Below are positions 22,918-24,283 of a stretch of 24,283 nt of DNA, piece after piece. Every line of letters starts with the position of its first letter. Position 1 is the first letter of the stretch. The notes under the pieces are model-generated. The model saw nothing but the letters and a program-made list of their open reading frames with translations, searched no databases and had not been told where the DNA came from. The stretch covers positions 1-24,283 of the forward strand of contig JALHNR010000015.1 of the NCBI GenBank assembly GCA_022843525.1. The letters are read 5' to 3'. A program made the position numbers and the translations under genes. The DNA is from Methylocystis sp. (lineage in GTDB: Bacteria; Pseudomonadota; Alphaproteobacteria; Rhizobiales; Beijerinckiaceae).

Positions 22918-23972
22918 GCTACGCTCGCAAACTCGATGATGTCGCGTTGCTGCTGGACGAACTCGAGGGCCTCGAATCGTCTGCCTCGAGCGGCAAGCCT
23001 CTCGAAATCCCGCTTTCGTCAATCGAGGAAGACCCAGATCAGCCGCGGCGCGCTTTCGACGCCGAGACGCTGGAGGAGCTCGCGGCCTCAATCCGGGAAC
23101 GCGGCGTCCTTCAACCGATCGGCCTCACTCCAGTGGGTCTCAATGGAATGCACCGAACCGTCTTCGGGGCGCGGCGCTTTCGGGCGGCGCAACTCGCTGG
23201 CCGCGCGACGATCGCGGCGTTCATTCATTCGGGAGAGGCCAGCGACCCTTACGACCAGATGATCGAGAATATCCAGTGGGACGACGTTTGGGCCGCGGAT
23301 ATCGCCGCATTCATTGCTTCCCGCCTTGCGGCGGGCGAGAAGCAGAAGGACATCGCGCTGCGGCTCGGCAAGGACAAGAGCTATATCGCCATGTATGCGG
23401 CTGTCGCGCAAATGGCGCCCGTGCTGCGAGAGCGGTTAACGACCTCGCCGATCCGCGCCGTCTATGAATTGCATCAGATGTGGAGAAAGTTTCCGCGGGC
23501 CGTCGAGGCGTTTTGCGCGCAACATGACTCGTTCACCCGCGTACAAGTGGTCGCATTTTGCGAAGGTCTGAGCGGTCGGCCGCCGCGGACTGATGATTCG
23601 CCGCTGAGTGACGAACTGCATGACGCAGCCAATCCACATGACGACGGGGCCTTGCCGGGCGCGGATCGAAAGTTGAATTGCGCTCCGCAGGGACGGAAGC
23701 GTCGAACTCGGTCGGCTAGATCCATCCGGATGCGCTCGCGACGAAGCGCGGCGCCATTCGACACGACCAGAGCGACGGGCGTCCGAAGTGGCGCTGGCGA
23801 CGTTACGTGTCGAGCATGGGCAGCGTTACGGGCGGCTGTTGTTGGAGTGCGGATCGAGCAAGAGCGAGGCGCACGGTCTGGTCTTCTCTTCGAAGACGAC
23901 GGCACGGTCGAGGATGCGCCTCTCGCTGCGTTGCGGCTCGTGTCGCTGAAGATAGGCCTAGCGAATTCGTGA
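22914..23972 (+). CDS. parB: ParB/KorB-like partition and DNA-binding protein (C-terminal third possibly frame-disrupted)
   Basis: ATG 22914 overlaps the parA stop (ATGA). The ParB N-domain is LEIPLSSIEEDPDQPRRAFDAETLEELAASIRERGVLQPIGL and VFGARRFRAAQLAG. The HTH is EKQKDIALRLGKDKSYIAMYAAV. After about 23690 the in-frame sequence becomes Arg-rich. A KorB-like tail (LRVEHGQRYGRLLLE..., LFEDDGTVEDAPLAALRLVSL) is split between two frames. Confidence 0.75.
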   Translation: MSYARKLDDVALLLDELEGLESSASSGKPLEIPLSSIEEDPDQPRRAFDAETLEELAASIRERGVLQPIGLTPVGLNGMHRTVFGARRFRAAQLAGRATIAAFIHSGEASDPYDQMIENIQWDDVWAADIAAFIASRLAAGEKQKDIALRLGKDKSYIAMYAAVAQMAPVLRERLTTSPIRAVYELHQMWRKFPRAVEAFCAQHDSFTRVQVVAFCEGLSGRPPRTDDSPLSDELHDAANPHDDGALPGADRKLNCAPQGRKRRTRSARSIRMRSRRSAAPFDTTRATGVRSGAGDVTCRAWAALRAAVVGVRIEQERGARSGLLFEDDGTVEDAPLAALRLVSLKIGLANS

Positions 23973-24283
23973 CGGCAAGCCGGCCTTCACATCGTGCGTC
24001 ATGTAGCGGCTTTTCCATCCCGTAGGGACGAAGCGTAGCGGAGCGCCCGGAGGCCGCACGCGTTCTTCAAATAGCGCCGTAGTGAGGCCGGAGGGTGTGG
24101 GAAAGGCGCGGGCAAGAATCTAAGGGGGGGTCGGCAGCCTCGTCTCAATCTTCATGCCGCTGCGAACAATCCGAGGTCAACCGACGAACACGCCGGCACG
24201 CGAAGTCGACTAATCGGAATCGAGCCATCAGACTTGAAAGTGGAGCGCATCGTGTTTTTCGGAGGGGAGTGCAGGATAGGCTT

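Larger units (their letters stand above)
19930..23972. mobile_element. Decayed plasmid/ICE-type maintenance module (ssb-like gene, palindrome array, parA, parB, plus gene fragments)
   Basis: This is a backbone-type gene set in which most members carry frameshifts or stops. No integrase, transposase, relaxase or replication gene is recognisable in the window, so the boundaries and element type are unknown. Confidence 0.4.

Overview
GC-rich bacterial DNA. Gene content looks alphaproteobacterial, but I cannot verify taxonomy from sequence alone. The window has three parts.

(1) 0.6-11.1 kb is an intact block of periplasmic copper and nitric-oxide genes. It holds a secreted YVTN beta-propeller, an ECF sigma with a small soluble zinc-finger (ZAS) anti-sigma, and a SLAC-like two-domain multicopper oxidase. 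It also holds an amicyanin-like cupredoxin fused to a histidine-lined beta-propeller, folE, a universal stress protein (USP) fragment, single-subunit quinol-type NO reductase, a SirB2-like protein and NnrS. The cupredoxin-propeller fusion plus its copper partners is my best candidate for an uncharacterised system.

(2) 11.1-19.3 kb is an accessory segment bracketed by about 0.63 kb direct repeats of the 5' part of nnrS: a full gene on the left and a truncated copy on the right. It mixes intact genes with decayed ones. Intact: a second ECF sigma behind two copies of an RpoE-type promoter-like motif, DUF488, DUF2945 and a DHA2-type MFS pump. Decayed: a whole nitrile-hydratase-like operon, a patatin lipase and an encapsulin shell gene.

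(3) 19.9-24.0 kb is a decayed plasmid/ICE-type maintenance module. It holds ApbE and MerR fragments, a frameshifted ssb-like gene, an array of 5-6 GTTTGYCC..GGRCAAAC palindromes, a parA pseudogene and parB.

I recognised no rRNA, tRNA, CRISPR array, or intact transposase or integrase. All homology calls rest on motif recognition by eye. No database search was possible.
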